Below, in pieces: positions 49,007 to 60,172 of a DNA stretch of 64,000 nucleotides. Under the pieces are notes generated by a model. That model was not told the origin of the DNA, did not search any database, and saw only the letters and a program-made list of their open reading frames with translations. A program made the translations under genes and the position numbers. The stretch's first letter is position 1; every line of letters starts with the position of its first letter. This DNA is from an uncultured Candidatus Saccharibacteria bacterium. Lineage in GTDB: Bacteria; Patescibacteriota; UBA1384; XYA2-FULL-43-10; 1-14-0-10-43-13. Location of the stretch: assembly GCA_964364265.1 (NCBI GenBank), contig CAYILA010000005.1, positions 6,418 through 70,417 on the forward strand, given 5' to 3'.

Positions 49007-50890
49007 ATGGTCGAGAAAAATAATTACAAATTGCCGAAACTGAATAAGGCAAGAGTAAAACACCTATCAAAATTCGGGTTGCTAGGCATAACCGGCTTGA
49101 TAGTTGTTTTCTTGCTCTCTTTTGGCAGTTACTCGATTGTATTTTCAAACCGCGTTTTTGCCCGCCAGTTCATCGGGGATGAAAATTTCTCCTATATGAC
49201 TAGAGACCAAGTCAGAGGGATTATCGCAAAAAAATCAGCCGATCTGGCCGAAGCTGAAATAAAATTGATTTATGAATATGAAGCCGGCAACAAAGAGTAT
49301 ATTTTTAAGCCGAGCGATGTCGGAATCAACTATGATGTTGAGAAAACAGTAGATAGAATCTGGAATGTCGGTCGAAACGAGAACATCCAAAGGTCTTTTT
49401 GGAATCAATTGGTATCGGTCTTTGTTCCGACCAAACATAAGGCAGTCGTTTCATTTAATCAAGAGGTAATGAATAGCAAGATTGCCGAAATCGGTCAGGA
49501 AATCGACCAGCCCGAAAAAGATTTTTCACTCCAGTTCACCGGCGGGGAATTCGTCTTAACCTCCGACCGCGCCGCCGGCAAAAGAATCGATCAGAAAAAG
49601 ATTATCGAGTCTTTAAAAAATCAATTTTTGGTCTATAAAACTACCGAAATCAGTTTCGCTTCTGCCGTTTTCAAGCCGCAGGTTTCGCCGGAGAAAGCCG
49701 AGAGCCGTCTTAATGAGGCGAATAAAATTATCAGCAAGGGCGAGCTGGTTTTGTCATACGACAATCAGACCACGAAACTGGATGTAAATACAATCGGGGC
49801 GGTTATTAAATCAAAAACGAGCGGGGATGACCTTGAATTGGTATTTGACGATGCCCGCTTGAACCAATATCTTGATTCTTTGGCTCAACTAATCAATATT
49901 GAGCCGGTCAACGCCCGACTTCAGATTGTGAACGGTAAGGTTACTGCCTTTGATATCGCCCGGATTGGAAAAACCTTGCTCAAGGATCAGAGCCGGGAAA
50001 ATATTAAACAGGGTTTAATCTCGCGTATCAGCGATAGTGACACACCCACGGTTGTGCTGGCGATAGAAACAAAGAATCCGGATATTACCGAATCAAGTAT
50101 TTCCAGTTTGGGAATCGGCGAATTGATCGGCACCGGCACAACCCAATTCAAAAACTCTCCCGCTAATCGTGTACATAATATTCAAACCGGGGCTGCCGCC
50201 TTAAACGGCGTTTTGATTAAACCGGGAGAAGTTTTCTCGACAGTCGGCCGGCTGGGAGCAATCAACGACAAATCCGGCTATCTGCCGGAGCTGGTTATTA
50301 AAGAAAATTCTACTGTTCCGGAATATGGCGGGGGATTGTGCCAGGTTTCAACCACGCTTTTCCGGGCGGCGCTCAACGCCGGAATGGAGATAGTCGACCG
50401 GACCAACCACAGTTACCGCGTCAGTTACTACGAACCGCCGATCGGCATGGACGCCACCATCTACGATCCGGCGCCTGATTTCAAATTCAAAAATAATTAC
50501 GCCAGTTATGTCCTGGTTCAGGCAACAGTGTCGGGTTATTCTATTAAATTTGATTTCTATGGGACGAAGGATACTCGTGTTATAGAGATTGGGACCCCTT
50601 CGACTTGGGATCCGGTTGATCCGGTACCGAGAGTTAATGTTGAAACGGATACACTCCAACCGGGCGAGGAAAAACAGATTGAGAAAGCCCACCAAGGTAT
50701 TTCGGCTAAGTTTCATTACAAGGTGACCAAGGACGGCCAGGTTTTACAGGAGAGAGAATTCGTCTCCAAATATGTTCCCTGGCCGGAAAAATGGCTGGTC
50801 GGCAAACAACCGACTCCGGCGCCAGTTGATCCGGCCGCGATCCCCGTCCCGACACCCGTACCCGATCCGGCTGCAACACCGGCGACCTAG
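49007..50890 (+). CDS. VanW-family protein with N-terminal TM anchor and Pro-rich C-terminal tail
   Basis: YGGGLCQVSTTLFRAALNAGMEIVDRTNHSYRVSYYEPPIGMDATIY matches the VanW domain. N-terminal TM. C-terminal PTPAPVDPAAIPVPTPVPDPAATPAT. Confidence 0.7.
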   Translation: MVEKNNYKLPKLNKARVKHLSKFGLLGITGLIVVFLLSFGSYSIVFSNRVFARQFIGDENFSYMTRDQVRGIIAKKSADLAEAEIKLIYEYEAGNKEYIFKPSDVGINYDVEKTVDRIWNVGRNENIQRSFWNQLVSVFVPTKHKAVVSFNQEVMNSKIAEIGQEIDQPEKDFSLQFTGGEFVLTSDRAAGKRIDQKKIIESLKNQFLVYKTTEISFASAVFKPQVSPEKAESRLNEANKIISKGELVLSYDNQTTKLDVNTIGAVIKSKTSGDDLELVFDDARLNQYLDSLAQLINIEPVNARLQIVNGKVTAFDIARIGKTLLKDQSRENIKQGLISRISDSDTPTVVLAIETKNPDITESSISSLGIGELIGTGTTQFKNSPANRVHNIQTGAAALNGVLIKPGEVFSTVGRLGAINDKSGYLPELVIKENSTVPEYGGGLCQVSTTLFRAALNAGMEIVDRTNHSYRVSYYEPPIGMDATIYDPAPDFKFKNNYASYVLVQATVSGYSIKFDFYGTKDTRVIEIGTPSTWDPVDPVPRVNVETDTLQPGEEKQIEKAHQGISAKFHYKVTKDGQVLQEREFVSKYVPWPEKWLVGKQPTPAPVDPAAIPVPTPVPDPAATPAT

Positions 50891-50899
50891 GGAAGCGAA

Positions 50900-51010
50900 T
50901 AAATCCGAAATCCTAATTTCTAAATTCTAAACAAATTCTAATTTTTAAAATTTAGATATTTAGATTTCGACATTGTTTCGGATTTAGGATTTAGAGTTTT
51001 TTAATTTGTG
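50900..51010. repeat. palindromic repeat family 2 copy (cctaaatcctaaa / ttgtttcggatttaggattt TIR-like arms)
   Basis: aaatccgaaatcctaatttctaaattctaaacaa...ttgtttcggatttaggatttagag. Intergenic between the VanW-like gene and the P-type ATPase. Confidence 0.7.
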
Positions 51011-51019
51011 GGGCTTTAC

Positions 51020-53605
51020 ATGGAGGGGAATAAGTATTACCAGTGGACGGTAGATGAACTTTGCCGTCATTTCGAGGTTGACAAAGACGAGGGTCTTACC
51101 GAGAAGAAGGCCCATTCTTTGTTGGAAAAATACGGTCCTAATGTTCTGGAGGTGGTTGAAAAGAAAAGTTTCTGGGTGATTCTGGGTCGGCAGTTCTCCA
51201 ATTTCTTCGTCTGGCTCCTTCTGATTGCGGCGATTATCTCATATTTCGTTGACGGTCCGGTTCAGGCCGGGATATTAATATTGATTGTGGCCCTAAATGT
51301 CTTATTCGGATTTTTTCAGGAGAATAAAGCCGAAACCGCTATTTCTGATTTGAAAAAATCTTTCAAGTTAAGCTGTAAGGTAATCCGGGAGGGGAAACTT
51401 TCGGTGATTGAAAGCTCCGATCTGGTTGTCGGCGATATTGTATATCTTGATACCGGTGACCGGGTGCCAGCTGATATGAGGGTGATTGAAAGTGAATCAA
51501 TGCACGCCGATGAATCAATTTTGACCGGGGAATCTCTGCCGGTCGGTAAAAAAACTGATGGGCTGAAAGAGAGGACAGCTCTTGCCGATCAGAAAAACAT
51601 GCTTTTTGCTTCCACCATTGTCGTATCGGGACGCGGCAAGGGTTTGGTGGTTGAGACCGGTTCAAAAACGGAACTGGGGAAGATCGCCGGTTTGGTGAAC
51701 ACGATCGAATCGACCACCCCGCTTGGAAAAGAGATCGATTATCTGGGCGAGCTTCTGACCATCGTTTCGACTTTTGCGGCTGCCTTGGTATTTGTCCTGG
51801 GTTACTACCGCGATTACGAAATCTGGCCGCTTCTCACATTTTCAATCGCTCTCTTGGTGGCGGCGGTGCCGGAATCCCTGCCAACCATTATAACGCTCTC
51901 ATTGGCGATCGGGACTTCCAAAATGGCTAAGAAAAAAGCGATTGTCCGGCGCTTGGGGGTAATCGAATCGCTTGGTTCTATTAATGTAATCGTGACCGAT
52001 AAAACCGGAACTTTGACTGACAACAAGCTTTCAATCGGTTTGGTTGCCCTGAAAAAAAAGAAGGATTTTGAAATTATTGATGTGAATCGCGATCTGCATT
52101 ATCTGAAAGGAAAAAAGCAGGAGTTAAAAAGGATTTTATTGCCGGCGCTGATCTGTTCGAATATTGAAGATGACGAGGAGGGTGGTTGGATTGGCGACCC
52201 AATCGAGTCGGCAATCGCCAAAAAAGCGGTTGAGCTAAAGGCCGATATATTGCCAGAAGCCGGAAAATTTCAGCGGGAGATGGAGGTGCCTTTTGATTCC
52301 GATAAAAAATATATGGCGGTTTACGGCAAAGCTTATGGAAGAAAGATATTGATAGTTAAAGGTGCGGCCGAAGTGATAACTCGGTTCTGCCGGTTGTCCG
52401 AAACGGAGCGAGAAGAGATTAAAAACGAGGTCGCCGATTTGAGCTCAAAGGGATATAAAGTTATCGCGGTAGCGCAGTCCAGCCACTCGGCCTTAAAAAA
52501 TATGGATTTTTACGGGCTTATCGCCGTTATCGACGAACCTTCAGTTGGCGTGGCGGATGCCATTTCTCGGACAATTTCGGCCGGAATTCGGCCGATAATG
52601 GTAACCGGCGACCATCCCGAAACGGCCCGCTTTATTGGCGAGAAAGTTGGTTTGGAGGCGCAGGATTACGAAGTCGCAACCGGCCGGGAGATTGAAGAGA
52701 TGACCGAAAAGGCGCTGGAAAGTTTTCTAAAAGATGCTAAAATCATCGCTCGGGTGACGCCGGAGGGAAAGATGCGGATTGTCCTGACCCTGCAGAAAAT
52801 GGGCGCAAAAGTAGCGGTGATGGGCGACGGGGTAAACGACGCGCCGGCTCTGAAAGAGGCGAGCGTCGGCATCGCTATGGGTAAAAAGGGCACCGATGTC
52901 GTCCGCGACACCGCCGACATAGTTCTGACAAACGATAAATATTCCACGGTTGTTACCGCCATCGAATACGGTCGGACAATTTACGACAACATCCGCAACG
53001 CCTTTATTTTCTTATTGTCGAGTAACTTCGGCGAGATATCTTTGGTCACGACCGCTTTCTTGTTGAATTGGCCGATACCGTTTACCACTTTGCAAATATT
53101 GTGGATCAATATGGTCACCGACGCCCTGCCGGCTCTCTCTTTCGCTTTTGAAAAACCGCATTCTTCGGTTCTGGCCAGCGGGCCTCGAAAAAGCGAAAAC
53201 AACGGTCAACGGCAGATGCTTGCATTTGCTTTTTCCTTATCCTTAATTCAAACGGTTGTCGGGATGTTGCTTTACAGATGGGCTTTGGGAAGAGGCGTGG
53301 CCGAAGCTCAAACTCTGGTTTTTACCTATATCGTATTTTCGGCGGTGATAATCGCATTTTCAATCCGTTCGAAAGAGAGAATCTGGCAGAATTTTAGGTC
53401 GTTTTTCGCCAATAAAATCCTTCTTTACGCCGTCGGCTTGGCTTTCCTTTTGCAAGCACTCTTATTTATCGAGCCATTGAGCGGGATTTTTAAGATAACG
53501 CCGCTTGACGCGGTTGAAATTATCGTTCTCTTGCTGTCAGTTCTAATCTCTTTTGCTCTGGCCGAAATCATCAGGTTTATATTTGATAGAAAAATATCGG
53601 AGTAG
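51020..53605 (+). CDS. cation-transporting P-type ATPase (P2-type, Ca2+/Mg2+-ATPase-like)
   Basis: DKTGTLT phosphorylation motif, TGES, MVTGDHPETA, GDGVNDAPAL, and N-terminal cation-ATPase-N block (TVDELCRHFEVD). The start is probably ATG at 51020. Confidence 0.85.
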   Translation: MEGNKYYQWTVDELCRHFEVDKDEGLTEKKAHSLLEKYGPNVLEVVEKKSFWVILGRQFSNFFVWLLLIAAIISYFVDGPVQAGILILIVALNVLFGFFQENKAETAISDLKKSFKLSCKVIREGKLSVIESSDLVVGDIVYLDTGDRVPADMRVIESESMHADESILTGESLPVGKKTDGLKERTALADQKNMLFASTIVVSGRGKGLVVETGSKTELGKIAGLVNTIESTTPLGKEIDYLGELLTIVSTFAAALVFVLGYYRDYEIWPLLTFSIALLVAAVPESLPTIITLSLAIGTSKMAKKKAIVRRLGVIESLGSINVIVTDKTGTLTDNKLSIGLVALKKKKDFEIIDVNRDLHYLKGKKQELKRILLPALICSNIEDDEEGGWIGDPIESAIAKKAVELKADILPEAGKFQREMEVPFDSDKKYMAVYGKAYGRKILIVKGAAEVITRFCRLSETEREEIKNEVADLSSKGYKVIAVAQSSHSALKNMDFYGLIAVIDEPSVGVADAISRTISAGIRPIMVTGDHPETARFIGEKVGLEAQDYEVATGREIEEMTEKALESFLKDAKIIARVTPEGKMRIVLTLQKMGAKVAVMGDGVNDAPALKEASVGIAMGKKGTDVVRDTADIVLTNDKYSTVVTAIEYGRTIYDNIRNAFIFLLSSNFGEISLVTTAFLLNWPIPFTTLQILWINMVTDALPALSFAFEKPHSSVLASGPRKSENNGQRQMLAFAFSLSLIQTVVGMLLYRWALGRGVAEAQTLVFTYIVFSAVIIAFSIRSKERIWQNFRSFFANKILLYAVGLAFLLQALLFIEPLSGIFKITPLDAVEIIVLLLSVLISFALAEIIRFIFDRKISE

Positions 53606-53655
53606 CGTTATGTTTCAATAGTTTGGAAACACCCTCTTGCATATTTGATTATTAC

Positions 53656-53689
53656 CCCCGCTATAACAAACCAGTTTGTTATAGCGGGG
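53656..53689. terminator. bidirectional hairpin between convergent P-type ATPase and pyrG
   Basis: Perfect palindrome ccccgctataacaaac-ca-gtttgttatagcgggg (16-bp arms). A related hairpin lies at 47285-47318. Confidence 0.5.
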
Positions 53690-53724
53690 TTAAATGTTGT
53701 GTAATAATCGTAAATAATTTAGAA

Positions 53725-55449
53725 CTATGACTTATTGCCGGCCGCTTTAATGAAGGCCATAAAGAGAGGATGCGGGCGGAGAGGACGGGATTGGAATTCG
53801 GGATGGAATTGTGTTCCGACAAAGAAGGGGTGATTCTTAACTTCGACAATTTCGACCAGATCCCTTTCCGGATTGACACCGGCAACCACCAACCCGCATT
53901 TTTCCAACTGTTTTCTGTACTTATTATTCAATTCGAAACGGTGTCGGTGACGCTCTACCACGACTCCGTCGTGGAAATCCGAATATCTAATATCTAAATT
54001 CGAAACATATTTTGAATTTTCTTTTTTAGAATTTTCGATTTGTTTAGGATTTAGGATTTCTGATTTAGGATTTCTGTAAGCTTCGTATGAAATAGTTCCT
54101 TCTTTTAGCTTACAGCTATATCCGCCCAAACGCATCGAACCGCCGTAATCTTTCTCTTCCAGTTTTTTCTTCTGATCCGGCATTATATGGATGACCGGAT
54201 ACGGAGTTTTCGGATCGATCTCCTCGGTATGCGCCCCTTTCAGCCCGCAGACATTGCGGGCGAATTCAATGGTAGCGATTTGCATACCATAGCAGAGACC
54301 GAAGTAAGGAATCTTCTGTTCGCGGCAATACTTGGCGGTCAAAACTTTGCCTTCAATGCCGCGGGAACCGAATCCGCCCGGCACGATGATACCGTTATAC
54401 TGGTCAAGCTCTTTTAATTTCTTGGGATCTTTTTCAAATTCTTCGGCGTTGATCCAAGTCATTTTTGGACGAAGTTCCTGTGTCCAGGCGGCGTGTTTGA
54501 CCGACTCGATTATCGAAATGTAGGAATCTGCCAGGACATAATCGCCGGTGCCGAAATATTTGCCGACAAACCCGATTTTAACTTCTTTTCGGCCGTTCTT
54601 GGCGTGCCGGGCGAATTCTTCCCATTTCGAAAGATCGGATTTTTTTGGTCGCAATCCAAATAGTTTTAAAATTTTGTTGCCGAAATCCTCTTTTTCAAAA
54701 TTAATCGGAACATCATAAATTGAATCGACATCGGGGGCGGAGATGGCATTTTCCGGTTTGATTGAACAAAAAGTGGCCAGCTTTTCGCGGCGTTTGGCGT
54801 CAATCGGTTTTTCGGCGCGGCAGAGGATAAAATCGGCCTGTATGCCGCAGGAGTTTAATTCCCGCGAGGCATATTGTGTCGGTTTGGTTTTCATTTCGCC
54901 GACCGTGCCGGGAATTGGGAGATAAGAGACCAAGATGAAAATGACATCGGCCGGTCTTTTCATTTTCATCATTCTGGCCGCTTCTAAAAAGAGCAGATTT
55001 TCATATTCACCGACTGTTCCGCCGATCTCGACGATGGTGAAATCGGCCTTGGCCGCCTTGCCGGCTTCTAAAATTCTTCGTTCAATTTCCTCCGGGATGT
55101 GGGGCACGACTTGGACACATTTTCCACCGTAGTCCAAGTTTCTTTCTTTATGTATGACGGTCTCATAAATCCGGCCGGTGGTCATGTAATTAATTTTTTT
55201 GATTTCTTCGTCTAAAAATCTTTCGTAGTTGCCGCAGTCCTGATCGGTTTCGTCGCCGTCAATGGTTACAAAAACCTCGCCGTGTTCAGTCGGGTTCATA
55301 GTGCCGGCGTCGACATTTATATAGGGATCGGCCTTAATGGCGGTAACGCCATAGCCCTTGCTTTTTAAAATAGTGCCGATCGAAGCGGCAGCTATTCCTT
55401 TTCCAACCGATGACATTACTCCGCCAACCACAAAGATAAACTTGGACAT
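53725..55449 (-). CDS. pyrG: CTP synthase, carrying an in-frame repeat-element insertion
   Basis: N-terminal KFIFVVGGVMSSVGKGI, the GATase domain with GLCYGMQ and ERHRHRFE. The extra segment RNPKSEILNPKQIENSKKENSKYVSNLDIRYSDF before ERHRHR is encoded by a family-2 repeat copy (~53978-54078). Confidence 0.9.
   Translation of the reverse strand: MSKFIFVVGGVMSSVGKGIAAASIGTILKSKGYGVTAIKADPYINVDAGTMNPTEHGEVFVTIDGDETDQDCGNYERFLDEEIKKINYMTTGRIYETVIHKERNLDYGGKCVQVVPHIPEEIERRILEAGKAAKADFTIVEIGGTVGEYENLLFLEAARMMKMKRPADVIFILVSYLPIPGTVGEMKTKPTQYASRELNSCGIQADFILCRAEKPIDAKRREKLATFCSIKPENAISAPDVDSIYDVPINFEKEDFGNKILKLFGLRPKKSDLSKWEEFARHAKNGRKEVKIGFVGKYFGTGDYVLADSYISIIESVKHAAWTQELRPKMTWINAEEFEKDPKKLKELDQYNGIIVPGGFGSRGIEGKVLTAKYCREQKIPYFGLCYGMQIATIEFARNVCGLKGAHTEEIDPKTPYPVIHIMPDQKKKLEEKDYGGSMRLGGYSCKLKEGTISYEAYRNPKSEILNPKQIENSKKENSKYVSNLDIRYSDFHDGVVVERHRHRFELNNKYRKQLEKCGLVVAGVNPERDLVEIVEVKNHPFFVGTQFHPEFQSRPLRPHPLFMAFIKAAGNKS
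53978..54078. repeat. palindromic repeat family 2 copy inserted in-frame in pyrG
   Basis: gaaatccgaatatctaatatctaaattcgaaaca...tcgatttgtttaggatttaggatttctgatttaggatttctg. Translated on the minus strand as part of PyrG. Confidence 0.7.
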
Positions 55450-55497
55450 ATTTTTCCTCCGGAAAATGACTTTACATAAATAAAAACAGACTCACTT

Positions 55498-55565
55498 GTC
55501 ATCCCGAGCGAGCGTAGCGAGTCGAGGGATCTCTCCATTCTCGAAATCTCACCAGTCGAGACAAC
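55498..55565. repeat. palindromic repeat family 1 copy (half element)
   Basis: gtcatcccgagcgagcgtagcgagtcgagggatctctcc..., intergenic between pyrG and the NTase gene. Confidence 0.6.
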
Positions 55566-55664
55566 AAAAATCTTTTGATTTTTGTTGGTTTTTGTTTTCA
55601 TTCTAATAATAATTTAGAAACTTGGCAAGTGAATGTTGTGGACATTGTGATATATTAAAAATTA

Positions 55665-56366
55665 ATGAAAGCAGGGGATAAAAAGGCGGCCGAAAAATAT
55701 TTAAAAAAGGCAAGATTGCTTTCGATATTTTTGCAATGGGCGCCGTTTCTGCGTTGTATAATCTTAAACGGTTCATTGGCAGCCGGAACGGCAAAAGAAT
55801 CATCCGATATCGACATTCTAATCATCGCCAGGCGGGGTCGGATTTACACCGTCCGTTTTTGTGTCAATTCCTTCGCCGCAATCCTTGGCATTAAAAGATC
55901 GAATGATAATAAATCGCATGCCGGGAAATTTTGCTTCAATTATTTTCTAACCGATAATTTTCTGACCGTTCCGATCCGCCGCGGACGGAAAGTCGACCGG
56001 TATTGCGCCGATAATTATAGCAGAAGCGTTTTGGTCTGGGGGAAACAAACCGTATTCGACCGGTTTATGGAGGAGAACGAGGAGCTGTTTAGGAAAGCGA
56101 CGACCGACGACCGACGACCCGCCTACCGGCGAGGCAAGCCGCCGACCGAGGTTGCACTCCCTATGAAAATATTCCATCCCGTATTTGTTATAGGGAGAAT
56201 ATTAGAATTTTTCCTCAACGGCTGGTTGGGAAAGAGGATGGAGAATGTTTTGAAAAGATATCAGATTAGAAAAATCGAAAAAGATGAAAGAACTAAAAAA
56301 TATCCCGACTTTATCGTTTATTCCGACCGAGAGTTGCGCTTCCACCCGCCGAAAAGGGTCAATTGA
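55665..56366 (+). CDS. nucleotidyltransferase-domain protein (Pol-beta-like minimal NTase)
   Basis: GSLAAGTAKESSDIDILII matches the G[SG]x9-13Dx[DE] NTase motif. Contains a 3x gacgacc heptamer tract (56099-56119). Confidence 0.5.
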   Translation: MKAGDKKAAEKYLKKARLLSIFLQWAPFLRCIILNGSLAAGTAKESSDIDILIIARRGRIYTVRFCVNSFAAILGIKRSNDNKSHAGKFCFNYFLTDNFLTVPIRRGRKVDRYCADNYSRSVLVWGKQTVFDRFMEENEELFRKATTDDRRPAYRRGKPPTEVALPMKIFHPVFVIGRILEFFLNGWLGKRMENVLKRYQIRKIEKDERTKKYPDFIVYSDRELRFHPPKRVN

Positions 56367-56455
56367 CAATGGGCTCTCTTTCCGCTATCATTTTTCTTGG
56401 CGAGGCCATTTACCCCCTTATGGTCCTCGCCAATTTTCAAAGATTTATAAGGGGA

Positions 56456-56479
56456 AAGAGAGGGAAATCTCTCTTTTTT
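56456..56479 (+). terminator. rho-independent terminator after the NTase gene
   Basis: aagagag-ggaaat-ctctctt followed by ttttt. Confidence 0.5.
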
Positions 56480-56590
56480 AGTTCTCCCCCTAGAGTAGGG
56501 GGAGTAAGTGGGGGTAGAAAAGGCAGCATGGTTAAGTAATTACTATCATGCTACCACCCCTAACCCCTCCTAATCTAGGAGTGGAACCGC

Positions 56591-56621
56591 TTGACAAAAT
56601 GTAAAACATACTTTACATTTT
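56591..56621 (+). promoter_or_regulatory. putative groESL promoter (-35 TTGACA) overlapped by a 10-bp perfect inverted-repeat operator
   Basis: ttgaca at 56591-56596. The inverted repeat aaaatgtaaa-acatac-tttacatttt (56596-56621) covers the spacer and -10 region. It lies 55-85 bp upstream of the groES start. No CIRCE consensus is present. Confidence 0.45.
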
Positions 56622-56674
56622 CTAATGTATAGCAAGCTCGCACATAAATTATTAATTAAATGCTGGGAGGCAAA

Positions 56675-56953
56675 ATGTTTAAACCATTAGCTGATCGGGT
56701 TCTGGTCAAACCGCTGGAAGCCGAGCAAATCACAAAAGGCGGAATCGTCATTCCCGACACCGCCAAAGAAGCGCCGGCCGAAGGCGAAATCGTCGCCCTT
56801 GGCGACGGCAAGATGAAAGATGGCAAGAGCTATCAATTTTCAGTCAAAAAAGGGGACAAAGTAGTTTATTCAAAATACGCCGGCGATGAATTAAAAGTTG
56901 ATGGCAAGGAATATAAAGTGATGAAAGAGGAAGACATACTCGGGATTTTATAA
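56675..56953 (+). CDS. groES: co-chaperonin GroES
   Basis: MFKPLADRVLVKPLEAE...GGIVIPDTAKE...GEIVALGDG. RBS gggagg. Confidence 0.9.
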   Translation: MFKPLADRVLVKPLEAEQITKGGIVIPDTAKEAPAEGEIVALGDGKMKDGKSYQFSVKKGDKVVYSKYAGDELKVDGKEYKVMKEEDILGIL

Positions 56954-56988
56954 GTCAAAAGGCAAAAGTCTATAAAGTGACACAGTAG

Positions 56989-57085
56989 TGTCATCCCGAC
57001 TGAGCGGAGCGAACGGAGGGATCCCTCGGCTCGTTGTACTCGCTCGGGATGACATTCGCCACTTTCACCTTTATGGACTTTCGAC
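56989..57085. repeat. palindromic repeat family 1 copy (full hairpin) between groES and groEL
   Basis: gtcatcccgactgagcggagcgaacggagggatccctcggctcgttgtactcgctcgggatgac plus the cattcgccactttcac...ctttcgact tail shared with the 60776 copy. Confidence 0.75.
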
Positions 57086-57088
57086 TAG

Positions 57089-58738
<1,650 letters not shown>

Positions 58739-58851
58739 TAGAATCGTATTAAGTATCTAGTATTAAGTATTCCGATTGATTTCAAAAAAGAAGGCGTCCG
58801 TAGGATGTCTTCTTTTGCTTAATACATAATACATTATACTGGATACTTGTC

Positions 58852-59367
58852 TTAAACCATTTCCGCTTCGATGGCGGAGGTTTTGACATCGAGCGTGTCG
58901 TAATCGTTGTTAACCGTGATATGCTTTCCTTCAATCTTAGTGATGGCGGAGGTTGGAATTATTCTCTCTGAAACCAAGCTTTTGACATAAATCTTGGTGA
59001 TTGAAAGGTCGGTTGCTCGGACTAAATAGTCGAATACTTTGCCCAAATTTTTACCTGATTTTGAACGGACATGCTGGTTGATTCCATGCAACTTGTGATG
59101 ATAGGCCTCTTTGAGACGAACCGAATCATCAAAATTAGTGATCGCATCTTCGTCTTGGATGATAACGCCGTCGTGGCCAATCTCTAAAATATCGGTTTCG
59201 GTAATCACTTTCATTTTAGCGAAGGGGAGTATTGAGGTTCTAACGACCAGACCATAGATCGAGATGTCGCTTTTCTTGATTATTATATCCATAACATAAC
59301 CGGCCTTTGTTTGAGTCTTCATCTCAAACACCGGAGTCCCCATCAGCTTTGTGTATGGAATTATCAT
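58852..59367 (-). CDS. PRC-barrel-like domain protein (tentative)
   Basis: 171 aa with two ~80-aa repeats of beta-rich sequence (LMGTPVFEMKTQTKAGYVMDI / KSGKNLGKVFDYLVRATDLSI), reminiscent of PRC-barrel/YlmC-type proteins. Low certainty. Confidence 0.35.
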   Translation of the reverse strand: MIIPYTKLMGTPVFEMKTQTKAGYVMDIIIKKSDISIYGLVVRTSILPFAKMKVITETDILEIGHDGVIIQDEDAITNFDDSVRLKEAYHHKLHGINQHVRSKSGKNLGKVFDYLVRATDLSITKIYVKSLVSERIIPTSAITKIEGKHITVNNDYDTLDVKTSAIEAEMV

Positions 59368-59478
59368 TATTTAAAATTATACCATAAAAAAATTGATGCC
59401 ATATTTGACATTAGATTTTTCAAGTTCTACAATGTAAGAAAGCTCGGAAAGAGCCAAGTTATAATGTTGGAGGAAAAT

Positions 59479-60171
59479 ATGGTAGATACAAATCTTGGAA
59501 CAACAAGCGCGCCCGAAACAGGAATTCCGCCGGTTGATACTAAGGCGGAGGCACCGGCCGAAGCGGAAACCAAACCCGGTGATAGTATTGAATTTGGTTT
59601 TGATCCAAAAAAAGAGGAAGTTACGGCTGAAAAGGTCACTGCCGAAGCGCCGGATCTGACGGTACCGAATACTGAACCGAATCCGATTGCTAGCGGTGTA
59701 GATGATGCCGTCAAAAGCGAGCCGGTGTTGCCAGTCGCAGAGCCTGCTGCCCCGACAAATCCCGAGAATTCTGATCTGATAAATAGTCCGGCAGACAAGA
59801 TGGAGGAGATTAGAAGCACTATTGCGGGTATGCCCGATACACCACCAACCGCCGATCCAACCGCGCCGGAAACTACAGCGCCTGTGGCCCCGCCGGTTGA
59901 GGCGGCAGTCGGCGCACAGCCAGAAACAACAGGTGCGTCGGCAAGCACCGATCCGGAAGATCATTGGAGCGTAGGTCAAGCTCCCCCAGAAAATCCCGCT
60001 GCTTCGCCGTTTGTCGAACAGACAGCTTCTTTGGGATCAGATAAAAAAACCGGTGACGATAAGAATGTCGTCGAGAACAAACCAGAGGTTAAGAGAAGCT
60101 GGTTTCAAAAACTCTTTGGCATTGGGAATAATACGAAAGAAACCGGCCAGAATCCTGAAGACACTAAGTAA
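59479..60171 (+). CDS. acidic low-complexity (Pro/Ala/Thr/Glu-rich) hypothetical protein
   Basis: RBS ggagg before the ATG at 59479. Protein is compositionally biased (PETGIPPVDTKAEAPAEAETKPGD...) with no domain. Confidence 0.35.
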   Translation: MVDTNLGTTSAPETGIPPVDTKAEAPAEAETKPGDSIEFGFDPKKEEVTAEKVTAEAPDLTVPNTEPNPIASGVDDAVKSEPVLPVAEPAAPTNPENSDLINSPADKMEEIRSTIAGMPDTPPTADPTAPETTAPVAPPVEAAVGAQPETTGASASTDPEDHWSVGQAPPENPAASPFVEQTASLGSDKKTGDDKNVVENKPEVKRSWFQKLFGIGNNTKETGQNPEDTK

Positions 60172-60172
60172 T

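Noticed and set aside
56560-56675. CIRCE/HrcA operator upstream of groES
   Set aside because: There is no match to TTAGCACTC-N9-GAGTGCTAA. A different perfect inverted repeat is present instead and is reported as a finding.
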